NCBI GenBank assembly: GCA_000934665.2
Contig: JYFJ02002399.1
Coordinates: forward strand, 1 to 57,528
Direction: 5' to 3'
DNA: 57,528 nucleotides
Origin: Catajapyx aquilonaris
Taxonomy: Eukaryota
In this document: piece by piece, positions 57,468-57,528 of the stretch
Position numbering within the stretch: position 1 is the stretch's first letter
Layout: each line of letters begins with the position of its first letter
The notes under the pieces: generated by a model
The model's database searches: none
The model's input: only the letters and a program-made list of their open reading frames with translations
What the model was told of the DNA's origin: nothing
Program-made: the position numbers and the translations under genes

Positions 57468-57528
57468 AACCAATCAGCGAAGAGGGGGGTGATGACGCGT
57501 CAAGAAAGCAAAATGTGGCGGGCCCTTT
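57468..57528. promoter_or_regulatory. CCAAT-box (NF-Y-type) and CRE-like palindrome at the window edge; possible promoter or transposon end
   Basis: AACCAATCAG 57468-57477, palindrome TGACGCGTCA 57493-57502, then TGGCGGG (E2F-like). Context is cut off by the window end. Confidence 0.35.

Overview
Eukaryotic (invertebrate-like) genomic DNA, so the prokaryote-style ORF track is mostly noise. The window is dominated by one + strand gene, a class C GPCR of the metabotropic glutamate receptor (mGluR) family. I reconstructed 12 coding exons by hand (6786-6917, 23599-23778, 24720-24889, 27808-27962, 37087-37341, 41685-41831, 45058-45181, 45446-45554, 49489-49993, 50772-51076, 51134-51262, 52369-52554). 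All splice phases are compatible and give 2397 nt = 798 aa + stop, covering most of the Venus flytrap domain, the 9-Cys cysteine-rich domain, 7TM and the C-tail. The N-terminal exon(s), including the signal peptide, were not found and probably lie upstream. Notable points: the conserved glutamate-binding Lys (mGlu1 K409/mGlu4 K405) is Leu, there is a ~24-aa two-Cys insertion in the flytrap, the 16.7-kb intron has a GC donor, and there are candidate alternative C-terminal and poison exons. Downstream are a dense promoter-like motif cluster (~55.1 kb) and a probable non-autonomous Helentron/DINE-1-like element (~56.3-57.2 kb). No rRNA, tRNA or CRISPR array was recognised. Comparisons with known proteins are from memory of family motifs, not database searches.
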